This document shows positions 42,981 to 54,281 of a DNA stretch of 64,000 nucleotides, piece after piece. The notes under the pieces were generated by a model. That model saw nothing but the letters and a program-made list of their open reading frames with translations. It made no database searches and had not been told where the DNA came from. The stretch is from Prasinococcaceae sp. CCMP 1430. Lineage: Eukaryota; Plantae; Prasinodermophyta. A program made the translations under genes and the position numbers. Location of the stretch: contig RQSC01000023.1 of the NCBI GenBank assembly GCA_013416795.1, positions 193,458 through 257,457 of the forward strand, written 5' to 3'. Every line of letters starts with the position of its first letter. Position 1 is the stretch's first letter.

Positions 42981-44627
42981 TCATGGCTTGAAAAAGCGGC
43001 CCATGCGTATCCAGCGCGTGACGATTTGCTTCTCGCCTTCCTCGACCGGGCAACCACCATGGATGGCACGATCGTCGGGGTCCATGCTCGGAAGAAAGTT
43101 GTAAAAGAGCAAGCCGTCTCCAGCCCTTGGCGAGACCTTGAGGACTGCGTGCGGTCAACGGAGGCGACGATTGGCGTGCGGCGGCAGGTATGTGTCGTCG
43201 TTGTGGAGCGTCAGCGGCCGAAGGTGCGCGGGGATGGGGGGTGGGGGTGGGAGGAGGTTCGCGAGTGCGACGCACACCCTGCGCCGTTGCTCTTCACACA
43301 GTTGCGAAGGCGCGGAGCATAGCACGCAAGGCACGCAATATGAGGCGTCGTGAGCAGACTCATACTCACCATCGCTCCGCTGGCACCAGTCGTCCCAGTA
43401 CCCAGCAGAGTGTACGACCGCTTCTCTCGCTACGTCGAATTTGCGCGCGACAGCCGTATCTGGGCCGACGGCGAAGCGCGAGCCTACGGGCAGCCTCATG
43501 CGGTGAAAGCTCTCAAAGTCACGCGGAGCGCCTTCGCCGGCCGACCGAAGGCCGTAATTGGCTGGCAAACCAGCTGGATCCGCGTGCGCGAAAGCCGTCT
43601 CCCCTCCGCGATCTGGCGCGGACACGTAGAAGATGAACGTGGCGTAGCGTTCTTTGCCCTTGCTCATGAATTCCAGGCAGCCCGTCCTCAAGTGGTCAGT
43701 TAGAGACCTCGCATCTGATGGCGGCCGCCGGTAGCAATAATCGGTGTGCGGCTCATACTGCTCGTGTTTTGCGTACCGCAAGAAGTACATTCTTTCTGCG
43801 TGGGTGCGTGGTGTGTGTGTGGCGTTGGCTATGCGCTCCTCAATCGCCAGCACGACGGGATCGAGAAGCTCACCCTGCAACCATGCGCCACTGCTCGACC
43901 TTGCGCGATTCTGTGTGCCTTTGTCTCCTGCGCCCACCTTCGAGGGATTAAGGCGGCCCTGAACGAGCGCGTTGATGTGCGCGCGCTCCGCCGCGCTCAC
44001 AAAGTTGCGGAACAGCACAACTCGTGGCGCCCATGAGAGCACTTCAGTCTCGAAGACGCTGGCATCTTGCGTCGCTGTGCGGAGGTGCCCGCGCGAGTCG
44101 TGCTCAGCGAGCGCTCCTGCGGGCGCAGATAAGGATGCGACCTCCGAAGGACGGGGCACAGAATACAACTCCTGCTCCTCCAGAGTCAGACGTCGTTGCA
44201 GAGCGCTCAGGCTGCCGCCTAGCTCGAGATGCCCCCTCGATTCGATCTGCTGCGCGCGAACGCCCTGTGCCCTCTGGGCCTCGCGCCGTCGCCGCTCGAG
44301 CGAGCTGAGGCCAGTCGCGTTCGCGGCCCGCGCGGCGGACAAACGCCACAGCTGCGCGCGTTCCGCGGCGGTGGCGTCGTCAAGCGCGGCTGCCATGCGT
44401 TCCAGATGCAGGGCCTGAGCGGATCGGTTGTTAACCACCTCGGTCAACAGCGCAGCGAGCCTCTCGCGCATGCCCTGTGCTGGCTCGTCCCGCGTCGCGA
44501 ACAGGTGAGCACATAGCGCCCACGCCGCCAGAGCCCACGCCCATGCAAGTGCGCGTAGCAGACGCCAGCCGCGGCGTCCGAGGTGACCTTCCAGCGCAAG
44601 CAGCTGCTCCCTCCGTCGCACCACCAT
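42981..44627 (-). CDS. P4H: Prolyl 4-hydroxylase-like 2OG-Fe(II) dioxygenase, type II membrane (2 exons)
   Basis: N-terminal TM; EVLSWAPRVVLFRNF, RSSSGAWL, YEPHTD, RYATFIFY..GGETAF; intron 43145-43369; last exon GDGLLFYN..DDRAIHGGCPVEEGEKQIVTRWIR. Confidence 0.92.
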
Positions 44628-45050
44628 GGTTCTTTGGCCCACGCAGCGACCGCGCGCGCGCCGCCTGCCCGCCCCCCGCCCCCCCTTGCCCCCCGCTTCG
44701 TCGCCGGCCGCCGGCCGCTGGCAGCGCGCACGCGGCGCACGCAGTGTGCCTCCGCGCCCGTGGCGCCCAGGTCGGCAGCGTTTAAATTGTCTGTTGTGCA
44801 TCTGCGTCTTCCGCCGGTTCTATTGCGAATTTCGGCTTGCTGCTGTTACGATTCGCGGCGGGCGGGGCCGCGGCCACAGCGCATGCAGAGACTGCCGCCA
44901 CCATTTCGTCTGCCACCGCCTGCCAGTCACTGGCGCTGGGGGCCGCGCAGGAGTGTCCGAACGGGAGGCTCCGAGGCCCCGCGCCACGCCGCGGTGAGTG
45001 GGCTGCGTGCACAACATAGATTACGGGTCCACTGTTGGATTGGCGACGCG

Positions 45051-47777
45051 CTACGAAAATGTCGGGTCCTCAAGCACGCCGCGGATCGCATCGACGTCCT
45101 CGTGGTCCGGGCCGAGCACCGTTTCGCGGATGACGAGCGCGCGCTCGAGCATTGGCCTGCCGACGTCATTGCGCGCGTGCTCCAAATGGATGATGGCGAG
45201 GTCGACCAGCGTCTGCGCGACGTCTATGTGGTCCTCGCCCTTGACCTTCTCCAGCGTCGCGAGCGCCGACTCGTACAGCTCCACAGCGGCCTCGCTGTCA
45301 CCTTCCTCATTGCGCGCCACAGCCAGGTCAAGCTGCACGGCGGCGACGTCCGGGTGGTCCGCGCCGAGCTCCGCGGTGCGAGCCTCCAGCTCTGCCACCA
45401 TTCCCGGGATGTCGGGCTCCTCAAAATCCTCCTCACCGAGCTCGTCCGCGGGCGGCAACTGCTCAACCGGTGGCGCGCGCTGCTCCTGCTTACCCTTTGA
45501 TCGCGCAGGCTTGGGACTCGGCGAGGGTTTCGAGGCCTTGGAGCGCGCGCCAGGCGTTGAGCCGCCGCCGCCACCCGGGAAAGCGCTAGGCCTGCTCACC
45601 GCGGGGCGCTTCGGCGCGGCTGCCGCGCCGCCCTTGGGCGCGGCGGCCGCACCGCCCTTGTGTGGTATGCGGTGCGAGACGTTGGCGGCCTCCGCGGCAG
45701 CAACAGCTGCGTCCACGTCAGCGCCACCGTCGATGGCGCCCATGCCCGCCTTCATTTGCTCGCCCAGGATGCGCGCAACGTCTTGCAGATGAGACTTGAG
45801 GTCACCACCGGCGCGGTACACCTCGAGCGCCGTCCGCATGCCCGCCGACCTCGCTTCCACCGCCGGTGAATTCAACGCCAAGACCAGGACCTTCATGACC
45901 GCCGACTCCTGCAGCCCCGAGCGTCCGACACCAAAGTCGTGCACGAGCTCGCCGAGGAGCAGGCAGCGACCTATCAGGTCCTTGGCGGCCTTCTTGTTCT
46001 TCACCGGCGCGAGGGCCGCGTGCGCAACGGCCTGCAGGCTGACCTCTTTCGAACGCGCAAGAAACAGGAGCGCGTCAAGTGCAGCGTCGCGAATGCGTGC
46101 ATTGGTGTTGGCACAGCGTTCAATCAGCGGCGCGATGAGGTCCGATGCGTGCGGTGCCACGTCTCGATGCCGCAGGCCCTGCGCGGGGCCGGTCGTGAGG
46201 ATGGCCTTCAACAGCGGCAGCGAGCGATAATACACCGATGCCACCTTGTCGGCCAGCGCCTTCCTCAGCACTGCCACGAGCCCCGCGAACGCCGAACCAT
46301 CCTCCAGCACGTACTCCTCGCTGTCGATGCCCGTGGAAACGCGCTGCAGCGCTGCCTCGCGCAGGCTCCAGTTCTTGCTGTACAGACACGCTGCCACGTA
46401 CTCGGAGACCCCCATCGATTCCACCAGCGGACGCGCATCCTTCCAGCCGGCACCTTCGAGCGCCTCTGGGGCGGGCAGCTCACCGAAGAACTCGGCATCC
46501 GCGCCCTCCGGCTTCGGCCCCCCCGCCTCGCTTTGCTTGGGCCGCCTGGTTTGGTGCGTGCGCGCCACCATCGCTGGCGACATGATGGTGTGAATGCCGC
46601 CGTGCATCGCTTCCTCCGAAACTTCGCTTGGGTCCGGATAGTGCGCAGTGCCGGGCCCGGCCTCCGCTTCGTCGTCCTTAGGCTGCGGCAGCGGGCAATC
46701 CTCGGGGTTGGCAGGCATCCCACCGCCCATTCCAGCGCCGATGTCCATCCCAATGTATGCATCCTCGACGCCGTACGGCTCCATGATTTCTGACTCCTCC
46801 GCCGTGATGTGACCCGCGTACTCGGGCTGCGCGGGCGTCGGCAGGGCCATCCTCTCCTTGTCACCCTTGGTGAGCGCGCGATTAAACACGTCCATCTCGC
46901 TCGGCCGGCCAGGCTGCGCGGCAGCGTTGTGCGGCATCGCGCCCCCCGTGAGCGCCTGCGGGAGGCCGACGGCGCGCAGCTGGTCGATCTCATATTTGAG
47001 CTGCTTCGCGAGGTCGAAGTCGTCGTTGTTCACCGCCGCCGTCTTGCGCATCTCGAGTTCGCCCATCCGCACACCGAGTGCGCGTACGCGCTCCATGATG
47101 ATCTTCACGCTCTTCGCGGCGTCGTAGTCCTCACGGCCAATCGCGTCGGCCTTCCGCGCCGCCAGCTCCCGGAACACGCGGCCCATCTCTTCGTCCATCA
47201 CGGCGAGACCTCCGCCGCCGGCCCCCGCCTGCGCGCCACCGCCTTCGCGCTGCATGTGTCGGGCGAACTTGTCGTTGGACTTCACCAGCCCGGCGGGCGA
47301 CAGCGGCCTGCCGTGCACGTTGACGGCGACGACGCCGATCTGGTTGTACACGTTGAGGTTGTTCGTGAGGGGTGCGTGCACCACCAGCTTGAGCGCCGCG
47401 GCCGTCGTGTTGAGGTACACGCTCTTGAGCTCCCGCGCCTCAAAGCGCGAGCGCTCGTTGCTGTCAAACGAGAAGTAGCCCAGCCTCTTCCACTCCAGCG
47501 TGCTCATGGAGAGGTCGCCAGGCGGCGCGCCAGGCGGTGGCATTCCAGCGTACAGCTCCACCCGGCGCGCAATCTTGAACTCGTGGGAGAGCACCTGCAC
47601 GCGCGAGACGGCCGATGCGCCCTCCAGCTGCAGCACCACCTCCTGCGGGAACGATGAGTAGCGCGGCGTCTGCCAGCCGCAGTGCGAGTGCCACGCCGCG
47701 TGGTGCTGCAGGTCGAGCGCCGGGTAGTCCGGGTCCTCGCCGCTGCACGACAGCACGCGAAACGCGAGGCGCGACAT
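45051..47777 (-). CDS. CEP104: Centrosomal/ciliary-tip protein CEP104 (FAP256)-like with C-terminal TPRs
   Basis: GWQTPRYSSFPQE, VQVLSHEFKIARRVE, RLGYFSFDSNERSRFEARELKSV, NNLNVYNQ; UVR-like EDYDAAK/DDFDLAK; TOG YSKNWSLRE; KLC-like TPRs LGADHPDVA, LGPDHEDV. Confidence 0.92.
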   Translation of the reverse strand: MSRLAFRVLSCSGEDPDYPALDLQHHAAWHSHCGWQTPRYSSFPQEVVLQLEGASAVSRVQVLSHEFKIARRVELYAGMPPPGAPPGDLSMSTLEWKRLGYFSFDSNERSRFEARELKSVYLNTTAAALKLVVHAPLTNNLNVYNQIGVVAVNVHGRPLSPAGLVKSNDKFARHMQREGGGAQAGAGGGGLAVMDEEMGRVFRELAARKADAIGREDYDAAKSVKIIMERVRALGVRMGELEMRKTAAVNNDDFDLAKQLKYEIDQLRAVGLPQALTGGAMPHNAAAQPGRPSEMDVFNRALTKGDKERMALPTPAQPEYAGHITAEESEIMEPYGVEDAYIGMDIGAGMGGGMPANPEDCPLPQPKDDEAEAGPGTAHYPDPSEVSEEAMHGGIHTIMSPAMVARTHQTRRPKQSEAGGPKPEGADAEFFGELPAPEALEGAGWKDARPLVESMGVSEYVAACLYSKNWSLREAALQRVSTGIDSEEYVLEDGSAFAGLVAVLRKALADKVASVYYRSLPLLKAILTTGPAQGLRHRDVAPHASDLIAPLIERCANTNARIRDAALDALLFLARSKEVSLQAVAHAALAPVKNKKAAKDLIGRCLLLGELVHDFGVGRSGLQESAVMKVLVLALNSPAVEARSAGMRTALEVYRAGGDLKSHLQDVARILGEQMKAGMGAIDGGADVDAAVAAAEAANVSHRIPHKGGAAAAPKGGAAAAPKRPAVSRPSAFPGGGGGSTPGARSKASKPSPSPKPARSKGKQEQRAPPVEQLPPADELGEEDFEEPDIPGMVAELEARTAELGADHPDVAAVQLDLAVARNEEGDSEAAVELYESALATLEKVKGEDHIDVAQTLVDLAIIHLEHARNDVGRPMLERALVIRETVLGPDHEDVDAIRGVLEDPTFS

Positions 47778-47899
47778 GGCGGCGGCCTCGGGCGCAAGCC
47801 CCCGCCTCCCGCGCGCGCACCGCGGCGATTGGATCTCCTGGCCTTCCCGCGCCGCTCTAGCGCCCGGCAGCGCGCCCGGGGCCGGCCGCGCCGCCCCCN

Positions 47900-48009
47900 C
47901 GCATGCGAACCAGGCGGACGTGTTCGATGAGGTTGGCCAGCTGGTGCAGAGTGCCCTCGATGGCTACAGGGTGTGCATCTTCGCGTACGGCCAGACGGGC
48001 TCGGGCAAG
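47900..48009 (+). pseudogene. Isolated kinesin-14 motor exon fragment (assembly fragment or relic)
   Basis: [33 protein letters not shown] right after single-n gap at 47899; no other kinesin exons found nearby. Confidence 0.7.
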
Positions 48010-48411
48010 GCACGTGGCGGCGGCCTCCGCATGCGTTTCGATCTGGCCGAACGGTGCAAGTGGAGGCTCCCGTGGGTGCGTGTGACCCGCCCGCGCCCCG
48101 CGGCGCCCACTCCCGCTCCCCCCGTCGCAGTCACACTCCCGTTCCTTCCTCTGAGCCGTTTGCGAAACGCGCGTGCCACACCCCAACCAGGTACTGTACA
48201 ATGCAGTGGGCGCGGCGTCGATGATCGATCGACGGGGCGTCGATCGAGGGGGGCGGTCGAGGTGTCGGCCTCCTCGCGCCCTCATGCCTAGCTAGGCCTC
48301 GCTCCGGAGCGATGACCCTAATTCAGACGTTGACCCAAACTAGTTAGGGTTTTTGGCCGCGCCGGCCCGGCCGGCGCGAGGCCCCGCCACGCGGGCGCGC
48401 CCTTTTTCTCG

Positions 48412-49613
48412 ATGGCGCCGCCGCCGCCGGGCGATGTCTGTTTGGAGGGCGAGCGGGCCGGGGTGGCAGAGGGCGGGAGCGGGGGCGCACTCGGCGCGCG
48501 GCGGCGCGCGCCGTCCTGGAGTTCGGCGGCGCGGACATCGCCGCCGGCGTGTCGCTCGCAACCGGCGTGCGCGAGGGCGTGCAGACGTACTACGGGGAGA
48601 CGCTGCGGTCGAGTGACGACCTGAAGACGTCGGCATGCTGCACTAACGTCGCGCCGCCCGCAGAGATAGTCAGGTTGCTGCAGAACGTGCCCGAGGAAAT
48701 CCGCATGCGCTACTACGGCTGCGGATCGCCGACGCCGCTCGGCATCGAGGGTTTGCGCGTGCTCGACCTCGGCTGCGGCACTGGCCGTGATTGCTACGTG
48801 GCGAGCGCGCTGGTGGGCGAGCACGGCTCTGTTACCGGCGTCGACATGACGCCGCAGCAGCTGGAGTGCGCGCGCAAGTACGCCGCGGAGTACACGCAGC
48901 AGCTAGGATACGCGGAGTCGAACATGCGCTTCGCCGAGGGACAGATTGAGGACCTCAAGTCCGCAGGTATCGAGGACGAAAGCGTGGACCTAGTTATCTC
49001 CAATTGCGTCATCAATCTCAGCGACGACAAGGAGGCCACTCTACGCGAGGTTTGGCGGGTGCTTGCGCAGGGCGGCGAGTTCTACTTCTCGGACGTGTAC
49101 GCCGACCGCCGACTCCCGGCAGAGCTGCGCTCGCACGATGTGCTGGTGGGCGAGTGCCTGGGCGGAGCTCTGTACGAAGAGGACTTCCGCCGCCTCGTGC
49201 AGCGCATCGGGTTCATGGATCCGCGCACCATCGTGCGCGAGCCCATCATAATCGAGGACCCGGAGCTCGCGGCGTTGCTCGGCGAGGCCAAGTTCTGCTC
49301 GGTCACCTACAGGCTCTTCAAGCTGCCCGAGGGTGCGCTGGAAGACAAGTGCGAAGACTACGGTCAGTTCGCGCGCTACAAGGGCACCATCAAGGGGCAC
49401 GAGGCAGCGTACAGCCTCGACGATCACCACAGGCTTGAGCGCAACAAGCCGTTCCTTGTGTGCGGAAACACTGCGGCCATGCTTGAGGAGCCGAGCTGGC
49501 TGGCAAAGCATTTCGAGGTCGTCGGGGACCGGTCTACACACTACGGCCTCTTCCCGTGCGACCCGCCCGGGGCTCCGATGGGCGACGGCGTCGTCGCCGG
49601 TGCGTGCTGCTAG
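48412..49613 (+). CDS. arsM: Arsenite S-adenosylmethionine methyltransferase (start frame ambiguous)
   Basis: YYG..LKTSACC, RYYGCGSP, VLDLGCGTGRD, ISNCVINL, GECLGGALY, C-terminal GACC; ATG 48412 is out of frame with main ORF (48549-49613), probable indel or short intron. Confidence 0.93.
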
Positions 49614-49989
49614 CTCTTAGCGTCCTCTCTTGCTCGCCTGGCCCGTGGTATCACAATGCCCTGGCTGCCTCTAGGCCGGGGGGGAGGGGGGGTTGGACTG
49701 CGAGTGTAGTTCCCTGTTTCCATAGAAGGCGTGTGGTACCCATTGGTACTGTTAAAAAAATGCATTCGTGACAAATGCTGCCCACGGGCACGATCGTCAC
49801 ATCCCCGTCGAGCGCCGCGACCGCATGCTCTGCGAGAGGAGCGCGCAGAGCGCGGCATGGCGCAGCTGCCGCCGCGCACGGAGTTGGTGAAGGTCTTCTC
49901 TACATGGGTGCGTGTACAAGTGTGGGGCGGTGATGTGGTAGAGGTCGCCGCGCGCAATGGCAGCACCGACGCCTCTGCGCGACGCGCTT

Positions 49990-51022
49990 TCAGCTGGTCG
50001 CGCCTACGAGCTTGTCGACAAACTGCGTCTTGAGCGCGACGAGCCCCGCGGAAAGAACGGCGATGACAGCGTACGGTTGCAGCGCATCGACAGGAATGCC
50101 CGTCTCCGCTGAGAGCTGGCCGAGCGGCCCCAGGCCCGTCGCAATCTCGGCCAGGAGCATGGCGTCGAAAGAAAACATGGCGCAGCGGCAGAGAAAGCGC
50201 TCGTTATCCACCGTGAGGCCGATGAGCTTGCCGACGTACACCTGGTATGACGTCACGACCCCTGGAAAGCATGTTGTCAGTTGTCAGCGCTCGTCTGGGT
50301 CTCATAGCATTCGCAGGATCAATTCTGCTGATGCAGGCTGGGCGTGCGCCCTGCCATGGGCGGCTCGCTCAGCGCGCCGAGCCGCAGCGCACCGCGTCGG
50401 CGCGCTGGGTCGCGCCACGCCGCGCTCCACGCGTGCACGCGGGCTCGCCCGCACCTGCCAAGACGGCGTCGCCCTCGTTGCCCTTGGTCGTCCCGCGCTT
50501 CGACGCGGACGCTGGCTCGTTGGTCCAGCTCCACACCCACCTGTCGCGCGCCGAGTCGTACTCGTACCGCGGCAGCAGGCCGAACGCCAGCGAGAGCACC
50601 GCAAACGAGATGAACACCTCCCCGCCGTCGGAAGAGGTGATGCCCAGCGCCCCCGACAGCGCGCTGATGGGCCCCCCCTGGTTGTTCATGTCGTACACCA
50701 TGGCCGCCGCGTGGCCGAACATGGCGGTGCGACCGACGAACAGCTCGTTCGCGGCCGAGAAGCCCAGCCGCGCGTTCCAGAACCCCCCAGGCGCCACGAG
50801 CGTCTCGTTGTCCTCGCCGCCAAACAGCGTGTACGCGCGCGCTGCCGCACGCCGCGCACGCGCCCCCCTCGGCCCCACCGGAGGGCTCCGCTCGGCCCTC
50901 GTCCCCTTCCACCCTGGCAGCGACCTGCCTAGCCGCCACCGCCGCCGCCGCCGCGGCGAATGCGTCGGTGGGAGGAGAGTCCTCCAGCCCCCCGACTGCG
51001 GCGTGTGCGGACGACATATCAC
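49990..51022 (-). CDS. psbS: PsbS-like four-helix LHC-superfamily protein (5' exon probably at/after gap 51054)
   Basis: GFSAANELFVGRTAMFG and DNERFLCRCAMF...EIATGLGPLGQLSAETGIP match the two PsbS halves; intron 50262-50454. Confidence 0.8.
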
Positions 51023-51347
51023 CTACTTGCCCACCCGTCCGCCTCGCCCACCCNCCGCTCGCCGCTCGCGCGCGCTCGCGGCCGTAGGTTCGGCGGCAAC
51101 GCCGGCGGATCCGACCCGCGGCGCAAAATTCGGCGCGCGCGCGGCCGCGAAAACGCCCCCTTTGGGGCTGACGACACATCTCATTCCGATTACCCCCTCG
51201 ACCCCCTCCGGCGCCGGCGCGCGCGCCCCCCCGCCGCGGCTTTCGACGGCCGGAAAAGGCATTTCGCCGCGGGTGAACCGCCGTATCGCTTTCCGGGCGC
51301 CCGCCCGCAGGCTGCCTCCCGCCCGACCCAGCGCGTGCCGCGCGCAC

Positions 51348-51938
51348 GAGCGCCGCGAGCGCCTCAGGGCTGCGCAGAGCGTCGAGCTTGGCCCGCTGCG
51401 CGGCCGCGGCGGCGCTCGCGGCCGCCCGCGCGTCCGCCAGCACCTCCGCCTCCGCCCTGCCGCCAGCCGCGTAGTCCGCCAGCAGCTTGTTCCGCCGCGC
51501 GCGCAGGATGATCTTGTCGTCGATGTCCGTCACGTTCATCACGTACTGCACCGCGTACCTGAAGTAGCCCTCCATCACCCTCCTCAAGATGTCGAACGTG
51601 AGGTACGCGCGCGCGTGGCCCATGTGGCTCACGTCGTACACCGTCGGGCCGCACGTGTACCACGTCACCTGCCGTCCCGGCTTGGCGGGCACGAAGGGCA
51701 CCTTGGCGCCCAGCAGCGAGTTGTTTAGGTGCAGGCCCGAGTACTCGCCCGCTGCGGGCGCGGACCACCGCGGGTGGCCATTGAGCTCGTACACCGCGTC
51801 GCCCGCGCCGGAGTCGGGGGCGTCTGTCACGCCCGCGCCCGCGCCCGCGCCCGCGTCCACCCGCTTGCTGTCAGCTCCGGCGCCCCACGCGGGCGAGAGC
51901 ACGCAGCCGGGGCATGCCCACTCCCCCGCGCCGAGCGC
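51348..51938 (-). CDS. CARS: Cysteinyl-tRNA synthetase (cytosolic type), N-terminal exon only
   Basis: LNNSL..KVPF, VTWYTCGPTVYDVSHMGHARAY..FDILRRV, VMNVTDIDDKII; ends at probable donor GTGCGC 51347; remaining exons not seen. Confidence 0.88.
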
Positions 51939-52649
51939 NNNNNNNNNNNNNNNNNNNNNNNNNNNNNNNNNNNNNNNNNNNNNNNNNNNNNNNNNNNNNN
52001 NNNNNNNNNNNNNNNNNNNNNNNNNNNNNNNNNNNNNNNNNNNNNNNNNNNNNNNNNNNNNNNNNNNNNNNNNNNNNNNNNNNNNNNNNNNNNNNNNNNN
52101 NNNNNNNNNNNNNNNNNNNNNNNNNNNNNNNNNNNNNNNNNNNNNNNNNNNNNNNNNNNNNNNNNNNNNNNNNNNNNNNNNNNNNNNNNNNNNNNNNNNN
52201 NNNNNNNNNNNNNNNNNNNNNNNNNNNNNNNNNNNNNNNNNNNNNNNNNNNNNNNNNNNNNNNNNNNNNNNNNNNNNNNNNNNNNNNNNNNNNNNNNNNN
52301 NNNNNNNNNNNNNNNNNNNNNNNNNNNNNNNNNNNNNNNNNNNNNNNNNNNNNNNNNNNNNNNNNNNNNNNNNNNNNNNNNNNNNNNNNNNNNNNNNNNN
52401 NNNNNNNNNNNNNNNNNNNNNNNNNNNNNNNNNNNNNNNNNNNNNNNNNNNNNNNNNNNNNNNNNNNNNNNNNNNNNNNNNNNNNNNNNNNNNNNNNNNN
52501 NNNNNNNNNNNNNNNNNNNNNNNNNNNNNNNNNNNNNNNNNNNNNNNNNNNNNNNNNNNNNNNNNNNNNNNNNNNNNNNNNNNNNNNNNNNNNNNNNNNN
52601 NNNNNNNNNNNNNCCCGCGCGCGCGCGCGCGCCCGCCGCCGCCGGCGCG

Positions 52650-53604
52650 ATGCGGCGCCTCAAGCACCATGAGCAGAAGCTCCTCAAGCGGGTGAACTTC
52701 CTGCAGTGGCGCGGCGAGCACGGCGGGCGCGAGGTAGAGGTCATGCGCCGCTACCACATCACCGAGCGCGACGACTACAAGAAGTACAACAAGGTGCGCG
52801 TGTGTTCGCGCCGCATGCACGCACTTGCAAACGCGCACGCACGCACGCACGCACGCAGGAATATGCGCGCACGCAAACGCGCGCAGACACGCCGTTTCTG
52901 ACGCGTGCACGCGCCACACCACACCACACCATCGCACCACGCGCACGCACGCGCACGCACGCACACGCACGCGCTCGCGCGCACACACACGCGCGCGCGC
53001 AGCTGGTCGGCCTCGTGACGAAGCTCGTGTCGGTGCTTCGCAAGTTTCCCCCCTCGGACGCCTTCCGCGCCGACCTCACCAGCAAGCTGCTGCGCAAGCT
53101 GTACGAGAACGGCCTGACGCCCTCGCAGGGGTCGCTCGCGCAGGCGGAGAAGCTCGCCACGTCGGCGCTCTGCCGGCGGAGGCTCGCCGTCATGCTCGTG
53201 AGGCTCAAGTTCTGCGAGACGCTGCGCGAGGCGACCACCTTCGTGGAGCAGGGTGCGTGCGTGGGCGTGGGCGCGCGCGCGCGCGCGCGTGTGTGTGCGT
53301 GGTCACGGTCGAGGTCACGTGCACGTGTAGCAAGGCGCCTCTCCACACGCGCGTACGCGCACACACGCTCTTCGCACGCCCTTCGCGCGCTCATACACAC
53401 GCGCACGCACACGCACGCACGCGCACGCACACACGCGCGCGCATGTCCGCAGGCCACGTGCGCGTGGGCCCCGACACGGTGCGCGACCCGGCGTTCCACG
53501 TCACGCGCGCCTTTGAGGACTTCATCACGTGGAACGACCAGTCTAAGGTGCGCCGGCAGGTGCTGCGCTACCACGACAAGCTCGACGACGCCGACCTGCT
53601 GTGA
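52650..53604 (+). CDS. IMP3: U3 snoRNP protein IMP3 (3 exons)
   Basis: [27 protein letters not shown]; [10 protein letters not shown]; EQG|[21 protein letters not shown]; introns 52794-53002, 53253-53452. Confidence 0.96.
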
Positions 53605-54281
53605 GTGCTCTCGGGCCGGCGCGCGACACTGTAGCATACCCCGATGTACACATGGGCCGAGCCCGCGCGCGAAGGCACACGCGCATGGGCGCGCGGGCGG
53701 GCGGGCGCGTGTGCCTGTGCGTGCGCGTCTGCGTGTGCGCCTGCGCCTGCGTGTGCGTGTGCGCGTGCGTGCGTGCGTGCGTGTGCGTGCGTGTGTCGGT
53801 GTGGGTGTGCGTGCGGGCGCGCGCGCGGGCGGGCGCATTGCGCTTTCATTTTGATGCGTCGCCCATCAAAAACCAAGGGGCGATTCGGACAGCAATTCCA
53901 ATGCGTTTTGAGCGCGGGCGATTTGACGTGCGAAAGCATTGGAAAAGAACGGAGGTCAAACCGCATGCGCGCGGGATCGGGCGATCTCGCGAGGCGCGCC
54001 CCGCCCGCCGGCCGCCGGCGGCGGCTGCGGCGCGCGCTCCGACCGCGGAAAGGGTGCATTAATTGACGGTGATGAATTGTTGCGTACCGATGAAACGACA
54101 TATGCTTCGTATGTGTAGAAGATACTATTTAGCGGATTAGATATTGAAAGAGTCTTCCCAGAGGAAATATTTCCTCGGAAGAGGGGCGAAATCGAGCGCG
54201 CGCGCGCGCCACAGCGCGCGGCGGCTGCGCCCGCCCGCCCGCCCCCCCCTTCCCCCTTCCCCCCCCCCCGTCGCCGCCGCC

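Noticed and set aside
48549-49800. arsM as a selenoprotein
   Set aside because: No in-frame TGA; conserved positions are Cys and the ORF ends at TAG
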